Positions 48,860 to 59,521 of a stretch of DNA of 64,000 nucleotides are shown here, one piece after another. The stretch lies in NCBI GenBank assembly GCA_048772705.1, contig JBLWGC010000202.1, positions 1 to 64,000 on the forward strand, written 5' to 3'. Positions within the stretch are counted from its first letter, which is position 1, and each line of letters begins with the position of its first letter. This DNA comes from Leidyana gryllorum EB-2025a. Its lineage: Eukaryota > Protista > Apicomplexa. The position numbers and the translations under genes are program-made. The notes beneath the pieces are model-generated. The model was not told where the DNA came from. It saw only the letters and a list, made by a program, of their open reading frames with translations, and ran no database searches.

Positions 48860-50535
48860 ATGGCGAAGAAGGGCACTCCTAGGCGGAGTCGAGACTATGA
48901 GTCAGATGATAGCCTAAGCGACGCTTTCCAGTTCGACAGCGATGAGGAAAAGGCGCTTGCTCAAAAGTATTTGAACAACAAAAGGCGTTCGTCGGCTGAT
49001 GATGGGAATTTGGAAGGATATGAGGGTTTGTATGATGGGGCTGATGCAGATGCAGTAGTTGCAGAGGAGGAGGAGGGCGAGGCTCGTGACGCCTGGGGTA
49101 AAAATGCGGAGGCTTTCTACGTTAGCGGTAAGGTGATAGGTTTGGCGATGGGTATAAATTGTTGTGGCGTTAGAGGAAGAAAGCTCGGAGGATGACGAGG
49201 AGGACTTTGAAGATCTGGAGAGAGAATTGAAAGAAGCGCAGGAGATTCAACTGCAGTATCTGTCCACTTTGACCCAACAGGATATTCAGGGTACTCGAGC
49301 TCAACTGACAAAAGCGGCAGCGTCCAAGTCAGAAGGGGGTGTCGCGGAAGTAAAGGATGAGGCTTTAGCCTTAGACATGTTGCTGTCTCACCTTGCTGGA
49401 GTTGATACCAGCAACAAGGCAACGAAGAAAGCTATAAAGTCACAAGAGCTGTCGGCAGTTAAGACTTTCGCCGAAGGGTTCTCTGGTCTTCTTGAGACTG
49501 CACGACGCGAGTCGCTGCGGTGTCTGCATCTCAAAGCCTCTCTGAAAGAGGACACCGAGTTTGGGTTGTCTGAAGCGGGTCTGTCATATCTGAGTCTGCA
49601 ACTACAGATAACACTGTGGTACGGTTTGGTGGTTTCGGCACTCGCTGCGAGTCCCACTACACTGCCGAGTGTACTGAGAGCGGCTGAGGAGGTCGCCAAA
49701 GCGTCTGGGAAGCTGAGAAAGATGCGTCGGAAGATTGGCGAAGAGCAGTTCGAAGCTCTCGCGGCTCATCTGGACAAGTTGGAGCAGCAGGCGGCGGAAG
49801 AAGCTGAACTCGAGTCCGAGTCCGAGGACGATAGTGACGCGCAACAGTCAACAGGAGCTTCAGATTCGGAGTTGGACGGGGAGACAGCTGATATGGGTGA
49901 TGTTAGTGACGACGAAGAGGACCAGCAGCCCAGCAGTCGTATCGAGGCGGCACAGAGGAAAGTGGAGGTCAAAGAGTCACAACGAGCTGCGCGGAAACGA
50001 GCGACCGCAGAGAACATTCGTAAGCTGCTGAAAGGGACGCAGCCAGAGCAGCGCGCGGAGCGGATTGAAATGAGTTCTGCTGCCGTTGACGAGGACGGGT
50101 TGGCGGAGGATCCTTTCGAGAGCGAGGAGGAAGACGCTGAGGCCAAAGCGGTTGCTCGAGAGCGGCGGAAGGCGGAGAAAGAAGCTAAGAGGGCAGCTCG
50201 GAGTGAGAAGAAGCGGATGGAAGCGCTGGCGAGAATGCCGAGCGGTCCCGCGGAAGTCGAGGGCGACAGCAGAGGTAAGAGCAGTGTTTAATTGAGAGAT
50301 TTGATTGTTTGTTTTGACAGAGATCAGCCGTGCGATCGAAAGCAATCGCGGTTTGACCCGAAAGCGTAAAAAGTACGAAGGCAATGCTCGAGTTCACAAT
50401 CGGATAAAATACGCAAAGAAGATGAAGAAATTGAGTGGAACGACAATGAAGGCAAAGCCACAGTCTGGATCGGGTACCTATGGTGGCGAGAGTGCGGGTA
50501 TCAACGCGGCAGTGACCAGATCCAGAAAGCTGTAA
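48860..50535 (+). CDS. Sas10/Utp3 SSU processome protein, 3 exons
   Basis: C-terminal ISRAIESNRGLTRKRKK..NARVHNRIKYAK..YGGESAGIN..VTRSRKL and N-terminal AWGK...FY. Confidence 0.9.
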
Positions 50536-50674
50536 TGATGTTATTGCACAATCAACGACTTCACCCACAGAGCGCGAGAGAGAGACGACGTTCCAGCCGC
50601 TCTTCCCCTTGACACCCACTTTTCTGACCATCAAATATTTGTGTGTGTGTGTTTGTGGCTCAACATTAAGATCA

Positions 50675-51850
50675 ATGACACTACCCGGGAGTAATGGATC
50701 AGCGTTTGGAGAGACAGTTGAGATCCAAAGTCCATTGACTTTTACATTGCCTTTGGATGACGGATCTTTGGGGTGTGCGTCGGCGTCCGCAGGTGCACCG
50801 GCGGTTCCGACACGCCATGGCGGGCCCGTAATTAGTGAAGGGTTGGATATCCGGCGTTTCGATCTGAGCGACTGTCAGGATTTGAAGAGAGTTCGGCGAG
50901 GAGGCGGAAGAAAGGCGGGTGGAGTGCCTCGAGCGGTGATGGTGAATTATCGAATCCCGCAGTCCAGCGTAGTTATTAAGGATTTACAGCGTCAATTGGA
51001 GGAGGAGAAGCTGAGGCACCAGGAGGATGTTGCCCGGATGGCAGCACTTCTGCAGATTAAGGATAGCACTTTGTTAGGTGGCATTGACAGCCCATTTCTG
51101 ACTGACACTTCGTGTCCAATTAAGGTTGATCGGTGGTTCCGCGATTTGCGGCGTAAGGTGGACTCTCCCCACAGTCCGAGAATGTCTACGGCTGAGCAGC
51201 TGACTTTTGCTTTGAGACGGTTGCCGCCGAATCGGACGTGTGCGACACTGCAGTGTTCATCGTTGGAGAGTCTCCACCACACTTATCTGCGGCATTTGTT
51301 CCCCAATGTGAAATTAACAGCGCGGTATATCACCGATTTATGTCGTGAAGAGTGGGACGAACGTTTCGAATCAATTCGGGATCTCGGGCAGTGGCTGGCC
51401 GAGAGGGAGAGTGAAGTGCTGGACGCAATAAGCTTCGACCAAAATCAGACCCACTCGCGGCCGACAGCTGAAGATTTGGTACTGGATATCCTCAAATCGT
51501 GCGCTTTGGAAAGAATCTCCAGCGGCCGGCCGAGAGCCCAGCTGGGAAGAGTGATGAGTGAATTGAGATCCCCCACGGAGGCCTGTTGCCAAATGATCGG
51601 TCTGGAAGAGCGAGACACGGCGGTGGCAGCAAGTTGCCCTCCTTCATCCTCGTGCGACGAGTTTTCGGTCACATTAAGGGGCGGTGATGATCGTTTAGAT
51701 CGAGTTTCTGGAACGACTGATCTCAGTGAGCTAAGGCAGCCACTGAGTGCGGCATTGGCAGCGAGCCGAAAGACATACTGCAATCCCTGTTCCTACAAGA
51801 CTCCCACTCTCGTGAGCCTACTGGCCAAGTTGTCGTGTTCCAAACTTTGA
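50675..51850 (+). CDS. Hypothetical protein
   Basis: Long ORF with a coiled-coil segment. Confidence 0.5.
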   Translation: MTLPGSNGSAFGETVEIQSPLTFTLPLDDGSLGCASASAGAPAVPTRHGGPVISEGLDIRRFDLSDCQDLKRVRRGGGRKAGGVPRAVMVNYRIPQSSVVIKDLQRQLEEEKLRHQEDVARMAALLQIKDSTLLGGIDSPFLTDTSCPIKVDRWFRDLRRKVDSPHSPRMSTAEQLTFALRRLPPNRTCATLQCSSLESLHHTYLRHLFPNVKLTARYITDLCREEWDERFESIRDLGQWLAERESEVLDAISFDQNQTHSRPTAEDLVLDILKSCALERISSGRPRAQLGRVMSELRSPTEACCQMIGLEERDTAVAASCPPSSSCDEFSVTLRGGDDRLDRVSGTTDLSELRQPLSAALAASRKTYCNPCSYKTPTLVSLLAKLSCSKL

Positions 51851-52079
51851 CTGACTGACTGTCTGTCTTATTACTTGTGATAGTATTAATTTCTGTATGG
51901 CTTGTGTAGAGTTGATAGCATAAAGCAGCGATAACTGTGGGAATAAAATATATATAAGTGTGTGATCCATAAATATATATGTACAACAACTGACGATGGT
52001 CAAGTGAGAGACATGGGAGGGTTCCTCTCTATCATCGATTATCTGTCTGTCTATTGATCCGTCTGTCCCCTCGATATTC

Positions 52080-52448
52080 CTAAGGGAAGTAAGGACCGAA
52101 TCCCTGGCCGATGTAGTTGGGTCCGCCGTATTGAACGTTCTCGTTGTCGCCGAGGACGTCGAGGTGAATGTTGCTCAGGATTCCACCATCGTCCCGCGGG
52201 TAGCGGCCAGAGCCGATATAGTTGTAACGTCCAAACTGGGTGTTCCTCTCGTCGCCCAGAACGTTGGCCGAGATTCCACTCAGCACCCCCTGGGTCGAAT
52301 AGGAGTTATCACCGAGACCCGGCCAGTTCCAGCCCAAACCCGCAGGCGTCCGACCGGCGGTGGCCAGACCGGCAGGTGTCATGACGGGTTTGTCACAGTG
52401 TGCCAAGGCCGGGGAGGCGAGCAACAAACCAGTGAGGAATCTCAACAT
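52080..52448 (-). CDS. Small secreted protein, family member 1 (paired QxGxxN repeats)
   Basis: Signal peptide ending SPALA/HC. Repeats NTQFGRYNYI and NVQYGGPNYI. Confidence 0.85.
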   Translation of the reverse strand: MLRFLTGLLLASPALAHCDKPVMTPAGLATAGRTPAGLGWNWPGLGDNSYSTQGVLSGISANVLGDERNTQFGRYNYIGSGRYPRDDGGILSNIHLDVLGDNENVQYGGPNYIGQGFGPYFP

Positions 52449-52795
52449 CTTTTAGATAAATAATGAATATATCAGCTCGAGTGCTCACGTCTCTCTGCCG
52501 GAGGAATGTCTGACGGTCAATTGCCGAGAAAAATCGGTGATTTTCTCTCCCCTTCCCACCCCACAGCGGAAAGAAACCCACTGACTCCGGTCGGTAGATT
52601 ACGAAGCCGCCCCTGGGACAGATTGACCGACGACCACTCTTAGAGCAATAATAAATCTTAGCCTCCAATACAGAGACAACAACTACCACTGTTCCGAGTC
52701 AGGAGAGCGAGAGGGAGACGACGTGTGCTCCTCCTCATCCTCAGACCACAAAGTCGAGCATTAATTGAGATGTGTAGAGTGGGTTTGATGAGACA

Positions 52796-53167
52796 TCAGA
52801 AATCCCACGGGTCCGCACCCGCGAACCAGGCCGCGGGACCCCCGTACTGTGTGTTGTGATAGTCAGACAGCAAAGTGACATCGATGTTATCGAGAAACCC
52901 ATTGTCGAATCCATTTCCACGCTGATCGATCAGATTGTGACTGCCAACCTGTGAGTTGTAGTTGTCTTCGAGAATGTGGAGACGTAAATTGTCCAGGACC
53001 TGGGGAGTGTAGGCGCTGCGGTCTCCTTCTTCTCCTTGGGTACTCATCGGTGGAGGACGAGGAAATCTCGCGACGGTGTAGGGAGCGTTCAGAACCGCCG
53101 GGGGACCGTAACAGTGAGCAAACACCGGCGTCGCCACAGAGAGACCAGCGATAATGAGGCCGAACAT
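52796..53167 (-). CDS. Small secreted protein, family member 2
   Basis: Signal peptide ending PVFA/HC. Repeats NSQVGSHNLI and NTQYGGPAAW. Confidence 0.85.
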   Translation of the reverse strand: MFGLIIAGLSVATPVFAHCYGPPAVLNAPYTVARFPRPPPMSTQGEEGDRSAYTPQVLDNLRLHILEDNYNSQVGSHNLIDQRGNGFDNGFLDNIDVTLLSDYHNTQYGGPAAWFAGADPWDF

Positions 53168-53537
53168 TTCCGAAACGCTCGCTGTCTCCTTCTCTTCTCT
53201 TCTCTGTCCTCTGTGTTAAGATGAATCTATTTTTCTTTCCCATCCCAAAGGGGGGGGAGCGGTGAGAGGTGGGTGAAACAGACATCCCTCCTGCCGGGAG
53301 AGCGTTACCGCCTCTCCCTCATTATTTGTGGCATTAATCGTTGATCGATAAACTGGACTTAAAATAACGTTCATTTGGGCTCATAAATAGACAGAGATCA
53401 AACTGTCAAAGTATTCGACAGCCAAAGAGCGATGAATATTGCGATATCAACACGCAGCGTTAACAACAGTCCCATAATCTTGTCGCCCCCGGAGTGAGTG
53501 ATACTTCGTTCCCTTGGCGACAAAGAGAGATCCGCGC

Positions 53538-53912
53538 TCAGAAGAGCCCGCCGTACCCGCCGCGACGGCTGTACCAGTTGGGTCCACCATACTGATAGTT
53601 GTAGTTGGCCTCCAGAGCTTCAATGTCGAGATTGCTCAGGATCCCGCCACCCCAGCCATTGCCCCGGCGTTGCTTGATGTAATTGTATCGACCGAACTGA
53701 CTGTTTCTGTTCTGTCCAAGAAGTCCGAAGTAGATGTTATCTCCAATGCCCTGAGTGGATCGCCCGTCGTCGGCTTCCTAAACGGCGGGCCGACCCACAC
53801 GCGGACCGAACAACTGAGGTGCGTAACCAGCAGTAGTGACTGGAGCACTAGGACCGGTGCAGTGCGCCAAGGCGGGCGATGCTACCAAGAGGCCGACAAG
53901 GACCTGAAGATT
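53538..53912 (-). pseudogene. Family member 3, with in-frame TAG and no intact ATG
   Basis: Manual translation: VLVGLLVASPALAHC..GRPAV*EADDGRSTQG..NSQFGRYNYI..GGILSNLDI..NYQYGGPNWY..GLF*. TAG at 53778-53780. Confidence 0.75.
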
Positions 53913-54591
53913 GTTGATGATATTTTTCTCGTTGTCACTGTGCGTGCTGCAACTCTGAATCCAACTTTTCTTTCCTGACCGGCGTCTCTGGATCCCGCTG
54001 TATTGGGAGGGAAGGGTTTCCCAGAAAGAATAATTGTGACGCGAACAGTCTTCCACCCGCCGAAGCGGTCTGAAAGCACAGCACAACACAACACAACATA
54101 TTCACCGTAATCGCAAATAACAAAGTCTAATATAAAACACGTTCGCTCCCATAATGTCAACTGCTAACAGATCAACTGGCACACTCACACACTCGCGCGC
54201 CTAAACCCACGACCCCCCCCACACACACACACACACAAAGTCCCATACACACACACACAAGTGAGACTTAAGTTTCGCAGTCTGGTTGTAAGCAGATCTC
54301 AGTTGAGGGATACTGTACGGCCTTTTAAGTGTTGGGGAGGGGAAAGTTTGGTGTCTCCCAAGTACAGGGAGGACCTTTTGGTCGTCCGACCCGTCGTTTC
54401 GGATGTGATCCTGCTCGAGGGTGGGTAGAGGAGACTCTCGGGATTTCCGGTCCTCGCTCAGCGGGGCAATGTGGACATATAGGAGTGATAATTGGTTATT
54501 TAATTGAGAGTTCTGTCGATACTTTAGCTCATGGACACACATCTCCACCACCCAAGGAGCAATAACAATAAAGCCAATATTCAGTATATGT

Positions 54592-54770
54592 TGAGCGGTC
54601 AGGCGCAGTGAGGCAAAACGCGAAGGCAATGTTATGTCGCCGACATCCTTTTAGTCTTTTGTAAATAGATCAGAGCTAGTTGATAACTAATGAGCGACAC
54701 GCCTATGTTGAGTAAGCCTATAGGAACCCCCGCAGCCTCGGAGGTTAACGTGAGCCATTCACACGGCTCA
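54592..54770 (+). repeat. 5' LTR
   Basis: TGAGCGG...GGCTCA, identical to 59343-59521. Confidence 0.95.
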
Positions 54771-57700
54771 GCTGGGGGCTGTTCTGGGAACCACGAGGCT
54801 GTGCTGTTGGAGTTCCTAGCTAACGACGAGAGGTTCCCCCGAGAACCACATGAGGACGACGTGGTGGAACAGCTCAATCGGAGAGCCAAGTTCCTCAACT
54901 TCCTCAACCTCGCTCCATTCGACCCGCCCAACGAGAGAGCGTTCGAAGACTGGGTCGACGCAGCGGCGGCGCAAATCAAGAGATTCGGACTCTGCTCCGA
55001 ACTCTTCAGAGATGCCTGGGCTCTGGTGGCAACGCCGAATGTAGCGGCAACCCTCCGTAGCCTACCGGCGGGACTCCAGTACGAGGAGATGGTCGAGAGA
55101 GTGGCGAAGAGACACTTCCGCCACTCCGACTACGTAGAGGAGCTCGAGTTAGAGATCGCTGCGGGAAAGAGAGCGGGGACAGTGCCGGATGCGGTGGCGT
55201 GGATGCGTTCGGTCTGCAGGAGATTCGTCCGAGTGAGAGACCGTCGCCAACACGACTCCCTGCTCACCGAGGGAAGGTTGCGGATGCTCTTCAAGAGAAG
55301 TTTACCCCTCGATGTGCTCGAGAGATTAAGCTATATGCCCAACCTCGACTCGCTCACGGCCTTAATGGACGGGGCTGAGTTCGCCGAAGCTGAGTGTGCT
55401 AAGAAGAGAGCGCGGACGGGTGTCCCGCTGTTTACGGCAGAGCCTCCGGCGACTGATGAGTCGATGGAAGAGAAAACGGCGGAGCCGCCCAAGGCGCCGG
55501 CCGATACCCCCAAGAAGGAGGTGGAGAAGCCTCCCTGCTTCAGGTGTGGGTTGAAGGGTCACCACTCGAAGGACTGCGAGTACAAGGAGAAAAAGTGCGA
55601 GCATTGCGACAAGAAAGGTCACGCCGCGACCACGTGTAGGGCGCTAGTAAAGCGCGATCCGAAGTCGCAGAGGATCAAGCTTCGTGTAATGGAGACCCGG
55701 GCAGGTCACGTGCTTCAGTCTAAGGAGCCGTATTCAGCCGAAGAGAAGATCGTAAGCGCGGAAGAGCTGTTGGAGATCTTGCGAAGTCGAGCAGCGAAAG
55801 TTAGAGAGCGTAAAGCGAAGCATTACCGAGAGCTCAAGGAGGCCGCCAAGAAGAAAGCAGCGGAAGAGGAGAAAGCGGACGCCAAGGTGTGCGAGGCCGA
55901 GGACTCGTCGAGCGAGACCGACGATGAAGGAGTCCTCGAGGAGACCTGCCGCCTGCTCAAAGATTACCTTGGCGAGAGAGAGGTGTATCGCTGCTCGCCG
56001 AACGGGTTCGGAAAGGCTTTCCGGATGCCCGTAAAGATCAACGGAGTAGAGTTCGAGGCGATAGTCGACACAGGAGCGGCTTTCAGTGTCTGCGGGCCTT
56101 CGTTGCGTAAGAAGTTCGGGTTAAGGGCTACCGGTGATACGGTAAACTTCGCCGGGCTGGGTACCGCGAGGGGCCGGAAGCTCGAACCTGTAAAGTTGGA
56201 GATTGGAGGGGTTGGCTTTGAGCAATCGTTTTGGGTAGTCGAGACGCATCATGACCAGTTACTAGTAGGTATGGACGCGTTGAAGACCAGCGGGCTGTTG
56301 CTGGACCCTCTCGAGGGCCAGTTACTGCCTAGGAGGGTCGAGGCGCTGATGGTTGAGCTTACGGAGGAAGAGAAGCGAGCCAATGCGGCTAAAGACGTCG
56401 TTACAGGCTACGAGATAGGGGCTACCGACGAAGAAAAGAAAGCCGAGGCTCGAGCTACGTTTCATGCGATCACGAGTCACTTGAGTCCGGAGAGGGTCTC
56501 TGAGCTGTGGGACATCTGGTGGGAGTATAAAGATGCCTGGCTGGACCCGGTGCCGGGGCGAATTAAGGTCAGCACCGCCAGCTTCGAGGTTTACGGGAAG
56601 CCGTATAGGGCAAGGTTGAGACCGCTGACCGCGGAGTTGAAGGAGGAGTTAGATAAGCAACTCCAGAGTATGCTCAAGGCTGGTGTAATCAGGCCGAGTA
56701 AGAGCCCGTGGGGTGCAAGCCCCTTATTTGTAAAGAAGAAGACTGGGGAGTGGCGGATTGTAGTAGATTACCGCCCTCTCAACGCGCAGATGGTACCGGA
56801 CGCGTACCCCCTGCCTCACGTGTGGGACCTGTGCCAATTGGCAGCCGGGCACGAGTGGTACTCGGCTCTAGATTGCGCCAACGGTTTCTGGAACGTAAGG
56901 CTAGAGGAGGGGAGTATGCCGTACACCGCGATGATCACCCACGCTGGCACTTACGAGTACACGGTGCTCCCGTTCGGAGTGCGTAATTCTCCGAGCGAGT
57001 GTCAACGCGCGTTAGATCTAGCCTTCGGTTCCGTCCGTTGCGCGACGAGGTACATTGACGATATCACCATTTGGGGTGACACGAAGGAGGAACACGACGC
57101 GACGCTGCGAGAGGTACTGGCGGCGGCGAGGGAAGCAGGGTTCTTCTTCAAGCTCAAGAAGACGGAGCTGTACAGGCGAGAGGTCAACATGCTAGGGTTT
57201 AGAGTAAGTCGGGAAGGCATCAGGCCGAGTCCGAAGAAGGTGCAGGGGATCGTAAACGCACCTGCACCCACGAATTTGAGAGAGCTACGGGAGTTCTTGG
57301 GGATGAGTAGCTACTTGAGAAAGTTCGTGCAGGATTACAGCACGATCGCGGAGCCACTGACGTCTCTCACCAAGCAGAGTCACCCCTTCGAGTGGGGTCC
57401 CGAGCAGCAACGAGCGTTCGCGCTAGTTAAGAAGGGAATCGCCGAAGCGGCCTTACTGGCCTATCCTAAGGGCCCTGGGCTGTTCGTGATTAACACGGAT
57501 GCCTGTAAGAAAGGGGTCGGGGCGGTGCTGATGCAAGCCCAGGAGGGGACGCTGGTGACCCTGGAATATGCTAGTAAGAAGTTGACTGACGCGGAGACCA
57601 GGTGGAGCACGTCGGAACAGGAAGCATTCGCAGTGGTGTGGGCTGTAAAGAAGTTCCACGACTACATCCGCACCCGCAAGACCTTCGTAATTACGGACCA

Positions 57701-59321
57701 TGCCGCGCTGAAGTATTTCAACGCGATGCAGGATGGCAAGTTCCTGCGCTGGTCGCTGTTCTTACAGCAGTACGACTTGGAGTTCATCTACCTAGAAGGG
57801 GAGGACAACGTCGTGGCCGATTACTTGTCGCGGCACCCAGCAGATGACGAAGGCGGGATAGATATGGAAGAGTATTGCGTGCCGCTCTTCGAGGCTGAGG
57901 CAGTCGCGCAGATCTGGCCACCCCCGTTGCTCCCGTCGATCCCTCAGTTACGAGAGGCGTCTAAATCGATCCCTCCGGGAGAGGAGAATCTGATAAGAAA
58001 AGGGCCGGAAGGCCTGTATTACAAAATAGGGAGTACGAAGCTGTGGATTCCACCAGACTGGCGAGAGACCCTCTTATACTGGTTCCACTGCGGGAAGGCC
58101 GGGATGCACGTGGCGGTAAACCGGATGCTGAGGCTTATGCGGCAGTGGGTCTACTGGCCAGGGATGTCCGAGCAGGCCGCAGAGTATGTCAGGGCGTGCA
58201 TCGTGTGTCAGCGACTCCGTAAGCCGACGAAGCGGGCCCTCGTGGGCATGTTGACTAAGCCGTGGCCGTGCGAGATAGTCAGTATCGACCTCGTCGGGCC
58301 GAGACGATGGAAAGGGGAAGCTTACTGGTGGGTGGTGATCGTGGATCATTACTCGCGATTCATGGTAGTGGAGGTACTGTGGGAGCCCCCAACGGCCAAG
58401 AGCGTGGCCAAGGCCCTCCGGGAGAAGTGGCTCTATACCTTCCAGGTCCCTACCGCGATACTTACCGACAGAGGATCGGTGTTCCAGGGGGCTGCCTTTC
58501 GCGAGCTTGTGGACATCGAAATGGGGTGTACCCACTACTTCACCACGGCTCATTACCCGCAAGGCAACGGGATCAACGAGGCCTCGCACGAGTTTCTCAA
58601 GCGGGGCGTTGACGCTCTGGTAGCCGAGGGCACCGCGGAGCCGCTGGAGACTCTGGTCGCGTCGCTAGTGATGGCCTATAACGCCACGCCCCATGTAGCT
58701 ACGGCGCGGTCGCCGTTCTACATGTTGATGGGGTTCGAGCCGGCGATCGCCGGGTGGCAGGCGCTGCGACAAGACAACAACGAGGCTAGAGTCGCGCAAC
58801 AGCGCGCCCACCGGTTGCAAGGGTACGTAGGATGGGTGTTAGCGCAGCGAACACGGGCGCTGGAGGCGCAACCCGCCAAGGCGATAGCAGTAGGAGACTG
58901 GGTCCTGACCGAGGCGTCCAAGGAAGCCCGAGACGCTATGCTGCAAGCAGATCTCCACGGCCCCACGTCGTCTAGCTTCCGCCACTCCCTGCCGTGTCGC
59001 GTGGTGCGAGTCCGGGACGGTAGTGCCACAGTGGCGCACCTGGGCCGGGCCGAGGAGCTGCGTACAGTAGCGCTCCGGAAGCTCACCCCACTGCCCGCTG
59101 CTATCCCCGGGTCACTCTTCCAACTTACCGTCGACCACGTGGAGAAGAACGAGGGGCAGTGGCTACGAGAGAGGCCTTTGAATCGGGGCTGGCCCAAGGA
59201 CGTTACGGTGGAGGATGTCGTCTTGCAGGGGCGAGCGCGCGTGGAAGATCCGCTACGACCCACGGCGGACGGCCCGCCCGCTAAGAAGCGCCGCGCGCCC
59301 TCTAGAGTGGTAATCGATTGA
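54690..59321 (+). CDS. Gag-Pol polyprotein (2 CCHC knuckles, aspartic protease, RT, RNase H, integrase)
   Basis: CFRCGLKGHHSKDC, CEHCDKKGHAATTC, VDTGA, RIVVDYR, LPFG, YIDD, TDAC..EQE..TDH..ADYLSR, H..H..CIVC, SIDL..TDRG..GINE. Confidence 0.97.
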   Translation: MSDTPMLSKPIGTPAASEVNVSHSHGSAGGCSGNHEAVLLEFLANDERFPREPHEDDVVEQLNRRAKFLNFLNLAPFDPPNERAFEDWVDAAAAQIKRFGLCSELFRDAWALVATPNVAATLRSLPAGLQYEEMVERVAKRHFRHSDYVEELELEIAAGKRAGTVPDAVAWMRSVCRRFVRVRDRRQHDSLLTEGRLRMLFKRSLPLDVLERLSYMPNLDSLTALMDGAEFAEAECAKKRARTGVPLFTAEPPATDESMEEKTAEPPKAPADTPKKEVEKPPCFRCGLKGHHSKDCEYKEKKCEHCDKKGHAATTCRALVKRDPKSQRIKLRVMETRAGHVLQSKEPYSAEEKIVSAEELLEILRSRAAKVRERKAKHYRELKEAAKKKAAEEEKADAKVCEAEDSSSETDDEGVLEETCRLLKDYLGEREVYRCSPNGFGKAFRMPVKINGVEFEAIVDTGAAFSVCGPSLRKKFGLRATGDTVNFAGLGTARGRKLEPVKLEIGGVGFEQSFWVVETHHDQLLVGMDALKTSGLLLDPLEGQLLPRRVEALMVELTEEEKRANAAKDVVTGYEIGATDEEKKAEARATFHAITSHLSPERVSELWDIWWEYKDAWLDPVPGRIKVSTASFEVYGKPYRARLRPLTAELKEELDKQLQSMLKAGVIRPSKSPWGASPLFVKKKTGEWRIVVDYRPLNAQMVPDAYPLPHVWDLCQLAAGHEWYSALDCANGFWNVRLEEGSMPYTAMITHAGTYEYTVLPFGVRNSPSECQRALDLAFGSVRCATRYIDDITIWGDTKEEHDATLREVLAAAREAGFFFKLKKTELYRREVNMLGFRVSREGIRPSPKKVQGIVNAPAPTNLRELREFLGMSSYLRKFVQDYSTIAEPLTSLTKQSHPFEWGPEQQRAFALVKKGIAEAALLAYPKGPGLFVINTDACKKGVGAVLMQAQEGTLVTLEYASKKLTDAETRWSTSEQEAFAVVWAVKKFHDYIRTRKTFVITDHAALKYFNAMQDGKFLRWSLFLQQYDLEFIYLEGEDNVVADYLSRHPADDEGGIDMEEYCVPLFEAEAVAQIWPPPLLPSIPQLREASKSIPPGEENLIRKGPEGLYYKIGSTKLWIPPDWRETLLYWFHCGKAGMHVAVNRMLRLMRQWVYWPGMSEQAAEYVRACIVCQRLRKPTKRALVGMLTKPWPCEIVSIDLVGPRRWKGEAYWWVVIVDHYSRFMVVEVLWEPPTAKSVAKALREKWLYTFQVPTAILTDRGSVFQGAAFRELVDIEMGCTHYFTTAHYPQGNGINEASHEFLKRGVDALVAEGTAEPLETLVASLVMAYNATPHVATARSPFYMLMGFEPAIAGWQALRQDNNEARVAQQRAHRLQGYVGWVLAQRTRALEAQPAKAIAVGDWVLTEASKEARDAMLQADLHGPTSSSFRHSLPCRVVRVRDGSATVAHLGRAEELRTVALRKLTPLPAAIPGSLFQLTVDHVEKNEGQWLRERPLNRGWPKDVTVEDVVLQGRARVEDPLRPTADGPPAKKRRAPSRVVID
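54773..54790 (+). promoter_or_regulatory. Primer-binding site, probably for tRNA-Pro
   Basis: TGGGGGCTGTTCTGGGAA lies 2 nt after the LTR and resembles the tRNA-Pro PBS TGGGGGCTCGTCCGGGAT. Confidence 0.75.
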
Positions 59322-59331
59322 GGGACTCGGC

Positions 59332-59340
59332 GGGAGGGGA
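59332..59340 (+). promoter_or_regulatory. Polypurine tract
   Basis: GGGAGGGGA lies 2 nt before the 3' LTR. Confidence 0.8.
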
Positions 59341-59342
59341 GC

Positions 59343-59521
59343 TGAGCGGTCAGGCGCAGTGAGGCAAAACGCGAAGGCAATGTTATGTCGCCGACATCCT
59401 TTTAGTCTTTTGTAAATAGATCAGAGCTAGTTGATAACTAATGAGCGACACGCCTATGTTGAGTAAGCCTATAGGAACCCCCGCAGCCTCGGAGGTTAAC
59501 GTGAGCCATTCACACGGCTCA
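59343..59521 (+). repeat. 3' LTR
   Basis: Identical to the 5' LTR. Confidence 0.95.

Larger units (their letters stand above)
54592..59521 (+). mobile_element. Intact Ty3/gypsy LTR retrotransposon (4930 bp)
   Basis: Two identical 179-bp LTRs (TG..CA), PBS, PPT and a single gag-pol ORF in PR-RT-RH-IN order. Confidence 0.97.

Noticed and set aside
53778-53780. Reassigned TAG codon (alternative genetic code)
   Set aside because: TAG terminates other genes here (e.g. 52080, 40938), and conserved genes have no internal TAG.
54329-54565. LGRGKFG kinase-like glycine loop in a short ORF
   Set aside because: No downstream VAxK, HRD or DFG motifs; probably chance.
58718-59380. Antisense ORF starting in the 3' LTR (same start in the 5' LTR at 54629)
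   Set aside because: Begins at a non-ATG codon, overlaps GC-rich integrase sequence and has no recognisable motif.
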